Shown here piece after piece: positions 27,943 to 36,362 of a stretch of 64,000 bases of DNA (the first letter of the stretch is position 1; every line of letters begins with the position of its first letter). The stretch is from a virus. The DNA lies in IMG/VR virus record IMGVR_UViG_3300042375_000684; one strand, 5' to 3'. The position numbers and the translations under genes were made by a program. Below the pieces are notes generated by a model that did not search any database, was not told the DNA's origin, and saw only the letters and a list, made by a program, of their open reading frames with translations.

Positions 27943-28305
27943 TTAAGCTGCAAACATGAATTTTGCCATGTCTTCGGCACACTTGTAGCGCTTGCCGTCA
28001 GCAGCTTTGAGATATATGAAAGGCATTTTGTGTGCACGAGTGTTATAACCAACAAGTTCATCACCTTTGGTATTTTTCAGTTTCAAACCTTTGAGTTTAA
28101 TCATGGTTTCAAGCATCGAATCGGCTCGAGTCTTAGCACCGAGAACTTTAGCGGTCACTTTAATCTCAACTTCAGCTTCGGTGAACTTCATATTGCCGAC
28201 AGCAATTTCAAGATTTGAGTCGATACCATATTTGCTCAGGAGTGTGGACATCTCAGCGCGAAGGTTGTTGAGGTTTTTGCGGTCGAATTTTGCGAACTTG
28301 GTCAT
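27943..28305 (-). CDS. Hypothetical basic protein
   Basis: ORF after cassette. Confidence 0.7.
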   Translation of the reverse strand: MTKFAKFDRKNLNNLRAEMSTLLSKYGIDSNLEIAVGNMKFTEAEVEIKVTAKVLGAKTRADSMLETMIKLKGLKLKNTKGDELVGYNTRAHKMPFIYLKAADGKRYKCAEDMAKFMFAA

Positions 28306-28320
28306 TTTGATTCTCTCTGT

Positions 28321-28366
28321 GTTACCTTATAGAATCAGTATAAACTATTTGTAAGCAAATGTCAAC
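28321..28366 (-). promoter_or_regulatory. Repeated early promoter cassette (class A)
   Basis: Same repeat. Confidence 0.9.
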
Positions 28367-28368
28367 AA

Positions 28369-29025
28369 TCAGAGTGAAACTTTTTCACGAAGTTCGATAA
28401 ATTTTGGTAACCAGTCACGTGCTTTCTCCACAAAGATCTGAGCAGGTGCATCATCTACTGTCATAACAATGACAATGTTCTTTGGCAGAATACCAAGCCG
28501 CTCATAGACCATATAAGAATAACATGACGCTTGCATAAAGTATCCATGGATCGAGTCTCGGTCTTTTGCTCGTTTGGATGTTTTGAAGTCGATAATTGCA
28601 TACTCACCATCCCATTTTGCAAGACAATCAACCCGTCCTGCAACTCTTAATTTGTCAGAATACAGTGGAAGTTCTAATCCACCGACAATTGTAATGTGCT
28701 TATCTAGATATGGCTTGATGTAATTAAAGCTTGCAATATTTGCAGGCATGTGACCTTTCTTGTAGTCAGGCCGATTCTTTAGGTAATGTTCCGCAATTTC
28801 ATGGACTGCAGTCCCTCGGCGGGATGCTTGACCTGAAACTTTGGCTACTTGTTCTTCACCAACTCTGGCTTTCCAATCTTCCATCCACGATTTATCAGAA
28901 CCAGCACCTAAAATTGTAGTTACGGATGGATACTTATTTCCTTCAGGTGTTGTGTAGAAACGGCCATTTTCAGTTGTTTCTGCACTCAATTCTGGTAATT
29001 CAATACCAGACATATGTTCAAACAT
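28369..29025 (-). CDS. PD-(D/E)XK (Cas4/RecB-like) exonuclease
   Basis: YPSVTTIL, RGTAVHE, AGRVDCL, IIDFKTS, YFMQASCY. Confidence 0.88.
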   Translation of the reverse strand: MFEHMSGIELPELSAETTENGRFYTTPEGNKYPSVTTILGAGSDKSWMEDWKARVGEEQVAKVSGQASRRGTAVHEIAEHYLKNRPDYKKGHMPANIASFNYIKPYLDKHITIVGGLELPLYSDKLRVAGRVDCLAKWDGEYAIIDFKTSKRAKDRDSIHGYFMQASCYSYMVYERLGILPKNIVIVMTVDDAPAQIFVEKARDWLPKFIELREKVSL

Positions 29026-29026
29026 G

Positions 29027-29506
29027 TTATTCCTCTATGTCTTCAATTATCAATTTATCATATTTTGGTTTGAAGTCGGGTAGTTCTATATCACTTACAT
29101 CTCTTTGTTCTTTTGCATATGAAAGTGAAATATGTGGCTGATATGAAGGCCACTTATCTTCCAAACCGAGACTTTCATACTGTTCTCTTAGATCTTTGAT
29201 ACCGCCTGAAAGTTCTATTGAAAATACTGGAATATCTTTATCATCACCAAGAAACTTGATCCCAGTGATTATGACTTCAGTTGGAGTAATATTCTGTTCT
29301 TTATTACGAATGTTACTCTCATTAGTACTATAAAACACTGTCGTGTGAAAGTCAAACTCTTTCGGGTCTTGTTTATCACCATTGTATTTGGCAGATAGAT
29401 CAAATCTATTCTTTGTTGCCCAGTCTCTTAATTTATCTTGTGACTCTTTATCATATTGAACAGAAACGTATTTCCGTTTTGCCATAAATTCTTTTAATGT
29501 TTTCAT
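29027..29506 (-). CDS. acb1: 2H phosphoesterase, T4 gp57B/Acb1-like (candidate anti-CBASS nuclease)
   Basis: Two HxT/S motifs: FHTTVFYS and PHISLSY; 159 aa. Confidence 0.75.
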   Translation of the reverse strand: MKTLKEFMAKRKYVSVQYDKESQDKLRDWATKNRFDLSAKYNGDKQDPKEFDFHTTVFYSTNESNIRNKEQNITPTEVIITGIKFLGDDKDIPVFSIELSGGIKDLREQYESLGLEDKWPSYQPHISLSYAKEQRDVSDIELPDFKPKYDKLIIEDIEE

Positions 29507-29899
29507 TTATACCGCCACACTTGGTCCGCCAATAAACACCTTTGATGATCCAGTACTTATTGTATGGTCAAAAGATGTTCCTGTATTAAATTTACTTCCT
29601 ATACGAACTGCTTTCTTTCCACCTATTGATACTTTACCAGCACATAGTGAAGTAGTGGGTGCATGAAATACTGGAGCAGGTACACAGGGTAAGCCATCAG
29701 GGTGTGAAGCCATAGCATCACCTTCTACCGCGACTAATTTGCCCTGTACAAATACTTTTGAATTGCTAGTTGATGCTGTTACTTGTGTACTTGAGACACT
29801 CCACGTCCAATATGGAGGTGGAGCACACTGAGGACCTTTAGTCCCATCAGTACAAGCTATTTGACTCTCACCGAGAGCAAATGCGAAAGATTCTCCCAT
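29507..29899 (-). CDS. PAAR-like spike tip protein (gp5.4-like)
   Basis: SKVFVQGKLVAVEGD..SH, KVSIGGKKAVRIG, ISTGSSKVFIGG. Confidence 0.75.
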   Translation of the reverse strand: MGESFAFALGESQIACTDGTKGPQCAPPPYWTWSVSSTQVTASTSNSKVFVQGKLVAVEGDAMASHPDGLPCVPAPVFHAPTTSLCAGKVSIGGKKAVRIGSKFNTGTSFDHTISTGSSKVFIGGPSVAV

Positions 29900-29936
29900 A
29901 TGTTAATTGGAGAGGCTTTCACCTCTCCAACTCCTT
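29900..29936 (-). promoter_or_regulatory. Split RBS: SD, then hairpin, then 7 nt, then AUG
   Basis: AAGGAG + TTGGAGAGG-tgaaag-CCTCTCCAA + TTAACAT + ATG. Confidence 0.65.
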
Positions 29937-29943
29937 CTTTAAA

Positions 29944-30687
29944 TTACGCTGCTTCTAGTTGTTCTTCGGCAATAATAAATTCTTTTACTAGTCCACTTCT
30001 AACAATATCATCTACAGTAAATTCAATTGTTTCGAAGCAATCTGTGCTCATTTTGTCAATAACTTTTTTAAAGTGTCTTAGACCTGAAACATCTAGTCTA
30101 TTTTTTGATGTTGCAAGATCATCCTGTTTCGTGTCACCGCAAAGAATAATTCTGGAACTTTCTCCGACTCTCGTCATAATTGTTCTAAGTTCATCCCATC
30201 TCATATTTTGGCATTCATCAACAATAATAAGAGCATTGTCAAATGTCAAACCCCTAATAAAGGATGTACTCATAAATCGAATCATATTTTTCTGCTTCAT
30301 GATTTGATATGCATCACCTCGTTCAAACAGATCATTTACAATATCAACATATGGTGCTTCAAAATACGACATCTTTTCCTGTGCACCACCCGGCATGTGA
30401 CCTTGTTCACGTGATTGAACAGATGATCTAACGACTATAATCTCCTTGTATTGTTTTTTTGCCATAACGTCTTTAAGTGCCAAATAGAGAGAAATGTAAG
30501 TTTTTCCGGTACCTGCCGAACCTACTGCCAAAATATTCTTGCCATTATTATATGCATCAAATAATTTTGTTTGCGTATCTGTAATAGGTTCAATCCGTTT
30601 CATGCCAAATTTTGTATCTATCAGATAATCAGTTTCTCTAACGACTTGGGTTCTTTTTGTTTTTGTCAGACGTTTTCTAGTTGACAT
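29944..30687 (-). CDS. phoH: PhoH-family ATPase
   Basis: GSAGTGKT, FIRGLTFDN, IVDECQN, GDTKQDDL, DIVRSGLV. Confidence 0.95.
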   Translation of the reverse strand: MSTRKRLTKTKRTQVVRETDYLIDTKFGMKRIEPITDTQTKLFDAYNNGKNILAVGSAGTGKTYISLYLALKDVMAKKQYKEIIVVRSSVQSREQGHMPGGAQEKMSYFEAPYVDIVNDLFERGDAYQIMKQKNMIRFMSTSFIRGLTFDNALIIVDECQNMRWDELRTIMTRVGESSRIILCGDTKQDDLATSKNRLDVSGLRHFKKVIDKMSTDCFETIEFTVDDIVRSGLVKEFIIAEEQLEAA

Positions 30688-30717
30688 GTAAACTCCTGTT
30701 ATTGATTAAGAGTAAAT

Positions 30718-30954
30718 TTAAAACGTATTGATACTATCCTTCTTATGATGGTGTCTTACGTTCCTTAGAACATCACGAAAACCGTCGTCGGGCTTTCTTA
30801 TCCCAAGACGGACCGGGTCACCGAATCCCGGAAACTTATTAAAAATTTGTGTGATATGAGAATTGTCTTCTAAATAACCCGCAAGTTCTGAGTATTTCAG
30901 AACTACTTCAAACTCTTCTTGAGTGTTGTCATTTCGCATAGAGTAGATTGGCAT
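30718..30954 (-). CDS. FmdB-like small protein (T4-like conserved)
   Basis: MPIY.......EEFE...; typically adjacent to phoH in T4-like phages. Confidence 0.55.
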   Translation of the reverse strand: MPIYSMRNDNTQEEFEVVLKYSELAGYLEDNSHITQIFNKFPGFGDPVRLGIRKPDDGFRDVLRNVRHHHKKDSINTF

Positions 30955-30967
30955 TTAGTCTCCTATA

Positions 30968-30999
30968 AAAAAATGGGGTCGGCTTTGTAGACCGACCCC
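30968..30999 (-). terminator. Intrinsic terminator
   Basis: GGGGTCGG-9nt-CCGACCCC followed by A and T7. Confidence 0.8.
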
Positions 31000-31034
31000 G
31001 TATCAAAATATCATTATTCCTACGATCTACAAGT

Positions 31035-31646
31035 TTATTTATACCAATTATGATTTTCCGAACCATCAATTAGTGAATAAATTTGCTTCCAGTTATCAAC
31101 TCTTTTGATCCTTGAATTAACTGCATCATTTGCATTATAGTGATGGTTTACTAAAATACAGCGCATGTTATAGTCTAGACCATATTCTGCATTCTTTGTA
31201 AGATCTTCCAACCAGAAACAATCTGTATCTTTGTATTCCTTAAGAAGTTCCTTTTTATTTTTGGATGAACCACAAAGAATTAATTGTTCGAATGTTGTTT
31301 TACCAAATAGATTGTGAATATTTTCCATCCGAGCTTCATACATATCCTGTGTATTAGGGATTGCAGAGATACAATGAAAAACATATCCATGTTCCTCGTG
31401 TAGTTTTCGGATATACTTGATTGCATCTTTGAAAGGTGCTAGTCGTTTAAGTGCAGCACTTTCATTGAAGGCTTGTGTTAGCATTTCAGCTTCACTAGAT
31501 GAGATACCATACATATCTTCAATATCATAGCAACCCATTTTCAGGATTTTATAACCATTTGCAATCATCCATTTATGGAAACCTGGTTCCCAATATCCGC
31601 ATACACCATCATAATCTGTGACAATTACATTTCCATAAACTTGCAT
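31035..31646 (-). CDS. HAD-family 5'(3')-nucleotidase-like protein
   Basis: TDYDGV; WLEDLTKN; RVDNWKQIY. Confidence 0.75.
   Translation of the reverse strand: MQVYGNVIVTDYDGVCGYWEPGFHKWMIANGYKILKMGCYDIEDMYGISSSEAEMLTQAFNESAALKRLAPFKDAIKYIRKLHEEHGYVFHCISAIPNTQDMYEARMENIHNLFGKTTFEQLILCGSSKNKKELLKEYKDTDCFWLEDLTKNAEYGLDYNMRCILVNHHYNANDAVNSRIKRVDNWKQIYSLIDGSENHNWYK
31036..31043 (-). promoter_or_regulatory. Possible late promoter TATAAATA
   Basis: Exact consensus overlapping the stop codon of the upstream gene. Confidence 0.45.
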
Positions 31647-32125
31647 TATTTTGATCCTAAACTTAAAGCAATGGCAAGATTGTGATTTGTTGTTTCAAAA
31701 TCTTTGTGGTGAATTGCAAAACCACCATGTTCAGCCCATGGAATACAGTTCTTTTCAAAATCATCAATAAGGACATCGCCGGGTGAATGCATAAACAAGC
31801 ACTTATTCTTGCCACCCATCATCGGGATAACTGTGATATCAGGTGAAAGATGTTTATAAACCCACTGACGTTTCTGCACAGCAGCTACTGTATAGTTTGA
31901 TTTTGGGCATGCAGTCAAAATGGTTGGATTCATATGCTCAACTGAACGAAAGAACTCAAGAGCACCTGGCATAAGCGGGAGATTACTAAAGAAATTTCCA
32001 TGCCCGTTAATCCATTTCCAAAGTGTAGGATCATCAAGTTTATGGCTTTCGATTCCAAATGCTTCAAGAAAGTATTTGTCAAAGTCAGCCATCACACCGT
32101 CTAGGTCGATATAAAGCTTAGTCAT
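31646..32125 (-). CDS. HAD-family 5'(3')-deoxyribonucleotidase (NT5C-like)
   Basis: IDLDGVMADF, FFSNLPLMPGA, LIDDFEKN. Confidence 0.82.
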   Translation of the reverse strand: MTKLYIDLDGVMADFDKYFLEAFGIESHKLDDPTLWKWINGHGNFFSNLPLMPGALEFFRSVEHMNPTILTACPKSNYTVAAVQKRQWVYKHLSPDITVIPMMGGKNKCLFMHSPGDVLIDDFEKNCIPWAEHGGFAIHHKDFETTNHNLAIALSLGSK

Positions 32126-32148
32126 AATATAGTATAACCTTTCAGGAA

Positions 32149-32304
32149 TTATTCATCTTCACGATCTTCAAACCGCGAAAGTTTTTCATTTGTTTTCTTG
32201 CGACGATTATCACGGCGTTCACGCAATTTACGATCCTTCTCGTAATCATCGTTACCCCACTCGTCGTCCCATTCTTCGCGGAACTTCTTGAAGGATTTAG
32301 TCAT
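32149..32304 (-). CDS. Small charged protein (51 aa)
   Basis: Hand-translated MTKSFKKFREEWDDEWGNDDYEKDRK... Confidence 0.55.
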   Translation of the reverse strand: MTKSFKKFREEWDDEWGNDDYEKDRKLRERRDNRRKKTNEKLSRFEDREDE

Positions 32305-32339
32305 TTAGTGATTCCTTTTCCATTTATAGATATAATATA

Positions 32340-32783
32340 TTATGATTCTTTTGATTTGTCAATAGTTTCTAGCGGAAACTCTTGTGGAAATGCAGTAATA
32401 ACGACATTTTTTGACAAACCTTTTAGTGGTTTTTGTTCGATCATTTTGCAAAGAAGTTCCGCATCTTCATTATCCACATCTTCCAAAAGTGATATAAAGA
32501 GTTGTTCTCTCTTTACACTATTTAGATTATCATATCCACCACCTTTGACAAATATTCTTAGACGTCTTGCTTCTGCATATAACATACCTTCAACTCCAAC
32601 ATAGGAATTTTTCTTCCATGGTGGTGCTGTATTAGGAATCAAAAATTCCACATTTTTATCATATGTATATTTCAAAACTGTGCGAAGAGCAGGGTTATCG
32701 TGCTTTCTAAGCCAATCCACTTTTTCTTCCACAGTCTTTAATTCTGTTGCTTTATTTACAATTTCTGCTATTGAAAATCGCAT
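32340..32783 (-). CDS. Conserved T4-like hypothetical protein downstream of rnh
   Basis: LYAEARRLRIFVKGG, REQLFISLLE motif. Confidence 0.75.
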   Translation of the reverse strand: MRFSIAEIVNKATELKTVEEKVDWLRKHDNPALRTVLKYTYDKNVEFLIPNTAPPWKKNSYVGVEGMLYAEARRLRIFVKGGGYDNLNSVKREQLFISLLEDVDNEDAELLCKMIEQKPLKGLSKNVVITAFPQEFPLETIDKSKES

Positions 32784-33640
32784 CAAAAGTCTCCAATATC
32801 TGTTATAAGGTTCTTTAGTTTACGTGTTACAAAATAGTTAAATAGCGATGATCTACCTACTTCTTTCTCTTTTGCAAATTCTGTTAGAATTTGTTCTTTA
32901 TAGTTGGCAGGAACTTCAGCAAGATCAATCATTGTCTTGTTGCGGAAATATCTACTTTTGGTAGTTTCATCCATATGTTCAGGGCCCCTCATCAAGTCTT
33001 CCAGTCGCTTCGATGTAACGGCTTTTTGGCGTTCACCAACTACAATCGAATTGTCTGGAGACAAAATATTAGGAACTCCGTCACTGCCATCACCCCGGAT
33101 AATGTGTTCAGCTAGATATTTATTTGGTTCATTATTTTGAACCCACTTTTTCTGCACTGGATTGTATTGTTTGACATTTGCATATTTTTGCAGCTGGATA
33201 TAGTCTTTATCTCCGGACAATACCAAAATACTTTCAGTACCATTATTCATTTCCACGCCATATTTATGACAGATAGTACCGATAGTATCATCAGCTTCGC
33301 AGTGATCAAAGTGTAATACTTTGTATGGAAAAAACTCGTCTAGTTCTTCACGAATAGTATTGATGATACGGAATAATTCATTCCAATCAAGTTCAGACTC
33401 TTCACGAGATTTGCGGCGGCCTGCCTTGTAGTATGGAAAAATCTGACGGCGCCAAGACTTTTGACCATCTGCACAGATCACGAGTTCACCAAAATTTTCA
33501 GTAAACTTTTTTCGATTAGCTCGTAGGGAATTTAGAAACATATGACGAATTAAATTTTCGTCAATATCAACATTTGTATGATTACCAATACTCATAAAGA
33601 GTGAGGCAAGCATGACCTGGTTATAGTCTACAAGTATCAT
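32783..33640 (-). CDS. rnh: T4 RNase H (5'-3' exonuclease)
   Basis: ILVDYNQ, WRRQIFPYYKAGR, EADD, SGDKDYIQL, GDGSDGVPN. Confidence 0.93.
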   Translation of the reverse strand: MILVDYNQVMLASLFMSIGNHTNVDIDENLIRHMFLNSLRANRKKFTENFGELVICADGQKSWRRQIFPYYKAGRRKSREESELDWNELFRIINTIREELDEFFPYKVLHFDHCEADDTIGTICHKYGVEMNNGTESILVLSGDKDYIQLQKYANVKQYNPVQKKWVQNNEPNKYLAEHIIRGDGSDGVPNILSPDNSIVVGERQKAVTSKRLEDLMRGPEHMDETTKSRYFRNKTMIDLAEVPANYKEQILTEFAKEKEVGRSSLFNYFVTRKLKNLITDIGDF

Positions 33641-33698
33641 CCTATTTTATCCTTATTCAATTTTATACATAATAACTATAACATACTTTAAGCAAATG

Positions 33699-33998
33699 TC
33701 AACTATTTTCATCAGTGATAGTGAATACATTTCTTGCATAGTCCTGTAGAAAATGTTCTTCTTTTCTTAGATTTAATTGTAGTGATGTTATTGCTTCTTT
33801 CAATAAAATTATGGATGGCAGTATTTCATTAAAATTCTCTTCGAGATTATAACCAAGTCTAACTAATGATTCAAGAGATGAACTTAAGATTGTATCAGTG
33901 ATTACTTCTACTTCATAGTCCAGTTTAGGTTCTTGAATAGTTGTTGTGTTTGTTTTACTCAATCGTGATTTAAAATCAATTATTTCAGCCATTTCCAT
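33699..33998 (-). CDS. Hypothetical protein
   Basis: ORF track. Confidence 0.65.
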   Translation of the reverse strand: MEMAEIIDFKSRLSKTNTTTIQEPKLDYEVEVITDTILSSSLESLVRLGYNLEENFNEILPSIILLKEAITSLQLNLRKEEHFLQDYARNVFTITDENS

Positions 33999-34941
33999 TT
34001 AACTGCTTTAGAAGACTAATCCATTTAGATTGAAAATGTGGTATCGAGTTTTTATTAAGTTCTCTGATTGTATCTGCAGAAAGTGCACTAATAAATCCAG
34101 GGTTTTTATGTTCTTGCTTTAGAAGTGACTTTGTCATTATATATGCAACATTTGCATGCATATTATGATTTTCAGTATAGTCATACATGACAGTTGCACC
34201 TCCTGCAGTTTCTGGGAGCGCACCTAAACTTGGGTGTATTACTGTGCAGCCACACTTAATTGCTTCAATCATAGCAATACAAGATGTTTCAGTCCAAATG
34301 CAGGGATACAAAAATACATGTGATTGCTTGAGTGCTGCAAGTACTTCTTCGTTTGATTTTGTTCCGTGATATGTAATCTTTGGATGTGTTTTCAAAGCAT
34401 CAAAAAGTTTTTCATAATGTTTGTCACGTTCTTTCCAACCATAGATTTCAAAAGATGAGTAGACATCCAAGTGAATATTATCAAATTCTTTTGAAAGTGC
34501 ATCAAAAATTGGATACAAAAGTTCCAGCCCGCGATGGGGTGTTGTGTGATATATAAACCGAATAGGACCAATCGGCCTTTCAATATATTCAAACTCAGTT
34601 TCAATGGCATTTTCAATTACAGAACACATCGAATACGGAATACCATACATAGTAATATATTGATCTCTTTGCCAGTGTGAAACAAACACTAATTTTGAAA
34701 ATTTATTCCACCCACCATTTAGAAGGATTTTATTCTCTGGATCGGCTGCCAAATCATGGCAATAAAAGATATTTTTAACATCATCATAAATTTGTCTAGG
34801 TCTAGAAAAATGGATGGCAAAATTATCTAGTAGAGATGAGGGAACCGCCGCTAAAAGCCGATCCCTCATCATTTCAGTGCCACCTCTAGCGTTTCTAGAT
34901 AGATCAGTATCTACTATTGCGCCTCGGTAAATACAACTCAT
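33985..34941 (-). CDS. GT-B fold glycosyltransferase (GT4-like)
   Basis: RGGTEMM, FVSHWQ, YHTTPHRGLE, FLYPCIWTETSCIAMIEA. Confidence 0.85.
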   Translation of the reverse strand: MSCIYRGAIVDTDLSRNARGGTEMMRDRLLAAVPSSLLDNFAIHFSRPRQIYDDVKNIFYCHDLAADPENKILLNGGWNKFSKLVFVSHWQRDQYITMYGIPYSMCSVIENAIETEFEYIERPIGPIRFIYHTTPHRGLELLYPIFDALSKEFDNIHLDVYSSFEIYGWKERDKHYEKLFDALKTHPKITYHGTKSNEEVLAALKQSHVFLYPCIWTETSCIAMIEAIKCGCTVIHPSLGALPETAGGATVMYDYTENHNMHANVAYIMTKSLLKQEHKNPGFISALSADTIRELNKNSIPHFQSKWISLLKQLNGNG

Positions 34942-35210
34942 GCAATAAACTCACTTGTAAAATCTTTGACTGAGTCCCATCTAAAACTGCGCCAGCCAGG
35001 TGCATTTACATCATATACTGGCTGGACGGCGGGATTTTCTGTCTTCGATTTAGTTGTTTCGGACAATACACCATCAGAAGGAATCATTAATTCATTGAGA
35101 GTGCAATACATCACTCGCTCTTCACCATTAACCTTTGTAAATGTTACTTTACAGATTTTCTCATAAAGGGCATTTTTAATTGTGTCTCTATCTAGCAATT
35201 CCATTATCAA
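34938..35210 (-). CDS. SH3/WYL-like beta-barrel protein
   Basis: VTFTKVNGEERVMYCT...GWRSFRWDSV. Confidence 0.75.
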   Translation of the reverse strand: MIMELLDRDTIKNALYEKICKVTFTKVNGEERVMYCTLNELMIPSDGVLSETTKSKTENPAVQPVYDVNAPGWRSFRWDSVKDFTSEFIA

Positions 35211-35485
35211 CCCCCAGTCATACTGAATGATTTCTTTTCGAGTTCCTTGCGTGATCCGTGCATAAGATCATTGTAGCGAACTCGAATAAATTTCTTATCA
35301 GTCTGTTCTTTATTTGGATTTGCCATAGTAACCCAAGGATTACTACCATTAATCCAAGCACTCTGGCGGTTCAACATATCTTGTCCGGTATCACGATCTG
35401 CGCGGATTGCATTACATGTAGCATTTGCTACATTCTTGCGTTCGCCTTTTGAGATATATGTCTTACCGCTTGCCTTTTTAGCCAT
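35207..35485 (-). CDS. Conserved hypothetical protein
   Basis: YISKGERKNV motif. Confidence 0.65.
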   Translation of the reverse strand: MAKKASGKTYISKGERKNVANATCNAIRADRDTGQDMLNRQSAWINGSNPWVTMANPNKEQTDKKFIRVRYNDLMHGSRKELEKKSFSMTGG

Positions 35486-35500
35486 AGTATATTCACTCCT

Positions 35501-35737
35501 TCATTTTTTTGGTAATTTTATTAGACCTAAGTCCATGAGAATTTTATAATTAATTTCTGTAAGATCACCGAATGGGTTTAATCTTAGGGCCGTAATTAAT
35601 CTATCTATATAAATTAATTCTTTTTCATTTTTACTTGCAATACTAAAAGATTCAAAGAAAGTTTCTATGTCATATGGATTTTCACATAATATCCTGGTCG
35701 ATACCACCTTTTTCTTTTTTATTGATTTTTCTTCCAT
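35501..35737 (-). CDS. Hypothetical protein
   Basis: ORF track. Confidence 0.55.
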   Translation of the reverse strand: MEEKSIKKKKVVSTRILCENPYDIETFFESFSIASKNEKELIYIDRLITALRLNPFGDLTEINYKILMDLGLIKLPKK

Positions 35738-36362
35738 TGGATTCCTTTTCGTGGATCATTTGAATCGCACTAAAGAACTCTGTCTTAGTGCCGTTATTAT
35801 GAACACGATAGGTGCGAATATCTGGTTGTTCAGAAAGAAGATGTGATTTTATAATAGGGGTTTGTTTGCCCAAAACAAGTTCTTCCACAAGGTTTCCATT
35901 AAAGTATCTTCTTGAATCCGAAGAAAAATTGCAACCTTCTCGTGTAAGCTGAATGACTAATATAATTTCAGCTCCAAACTTATTTATAATTGGAGAAAGT
36001 TCCTCTTGGAAGCCGCCGTCACTGACACAGAAATTGCGGTCAGTTGTTATCTGTTCTGATAACTTTTTGCCAAAATATTCTTTACCGTATTTAGGTTTGA
36101 TATATTGTTCGGAAACATAGATCATTGCATCTCTACGACTTAATGACTGTCCGTTTATTTTTAATTGGGGAACAGGTTGCTCTTTTATTGTTCTATCATT
36201 ATAACCTTTCATAAACCAACCTTTAGAAACACCAAAGAATTTGAATGTTTCTTTGAATAGTTCTTCTTTGAATGAAAGGTGTTTGTATCCTAGTGTCTCA
36301 TAAAATAAACAGGCTGCGTCTTTGCCGCAGCCTGGAGGACCATTAAAAACTATTACTGACAA
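35682..36362 (-). CDS. Deoxynucleoside monophosphate kinase (gp1-like)
   Basis: NGPPGCGKD Walker A, SFKEEL, VSDGGFQEE. Confidence 0.8.
   Translation of the reverse strand: MSVIVFNGPPGCGKDAACLFYETLGYKHLSFKEELFKETFKFFGVSKGWFMKGYNDRTIKEQPVPQLKINGQSLSRRDAMIYVSEQYIKPKYGKEYFGKKLSEQITTDRNFCVSDGGFQEELSPIINKFGAEIILVIQLTREGCNFSSDSRRYFNGNLVEELVLGKQTPIIKSHLLSEQPDIRTYRVHNNGTKTEFFSAIQMIHEKESNGRKINKKEKGGIDQDIM

Noticed and set aside
24268-28366. Regularly spaced repeats as a CRISPR array
   Set aside because: The intervals are 300-650 bp of intact ORFs and the repeats carry -35/-10 boxes, so they are promoters rather than CRISPR repeats. The nearby Cas4-like exonuclease is a common phage PD-(D/E)XK enzyme.
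30718-30954. FmdB-like protein lacking Zn-binding cysteines
   Set aside because: The family call is by motif only, and from recollection Cys-less variants occur in T4-like phages; not enough to claim novelty.
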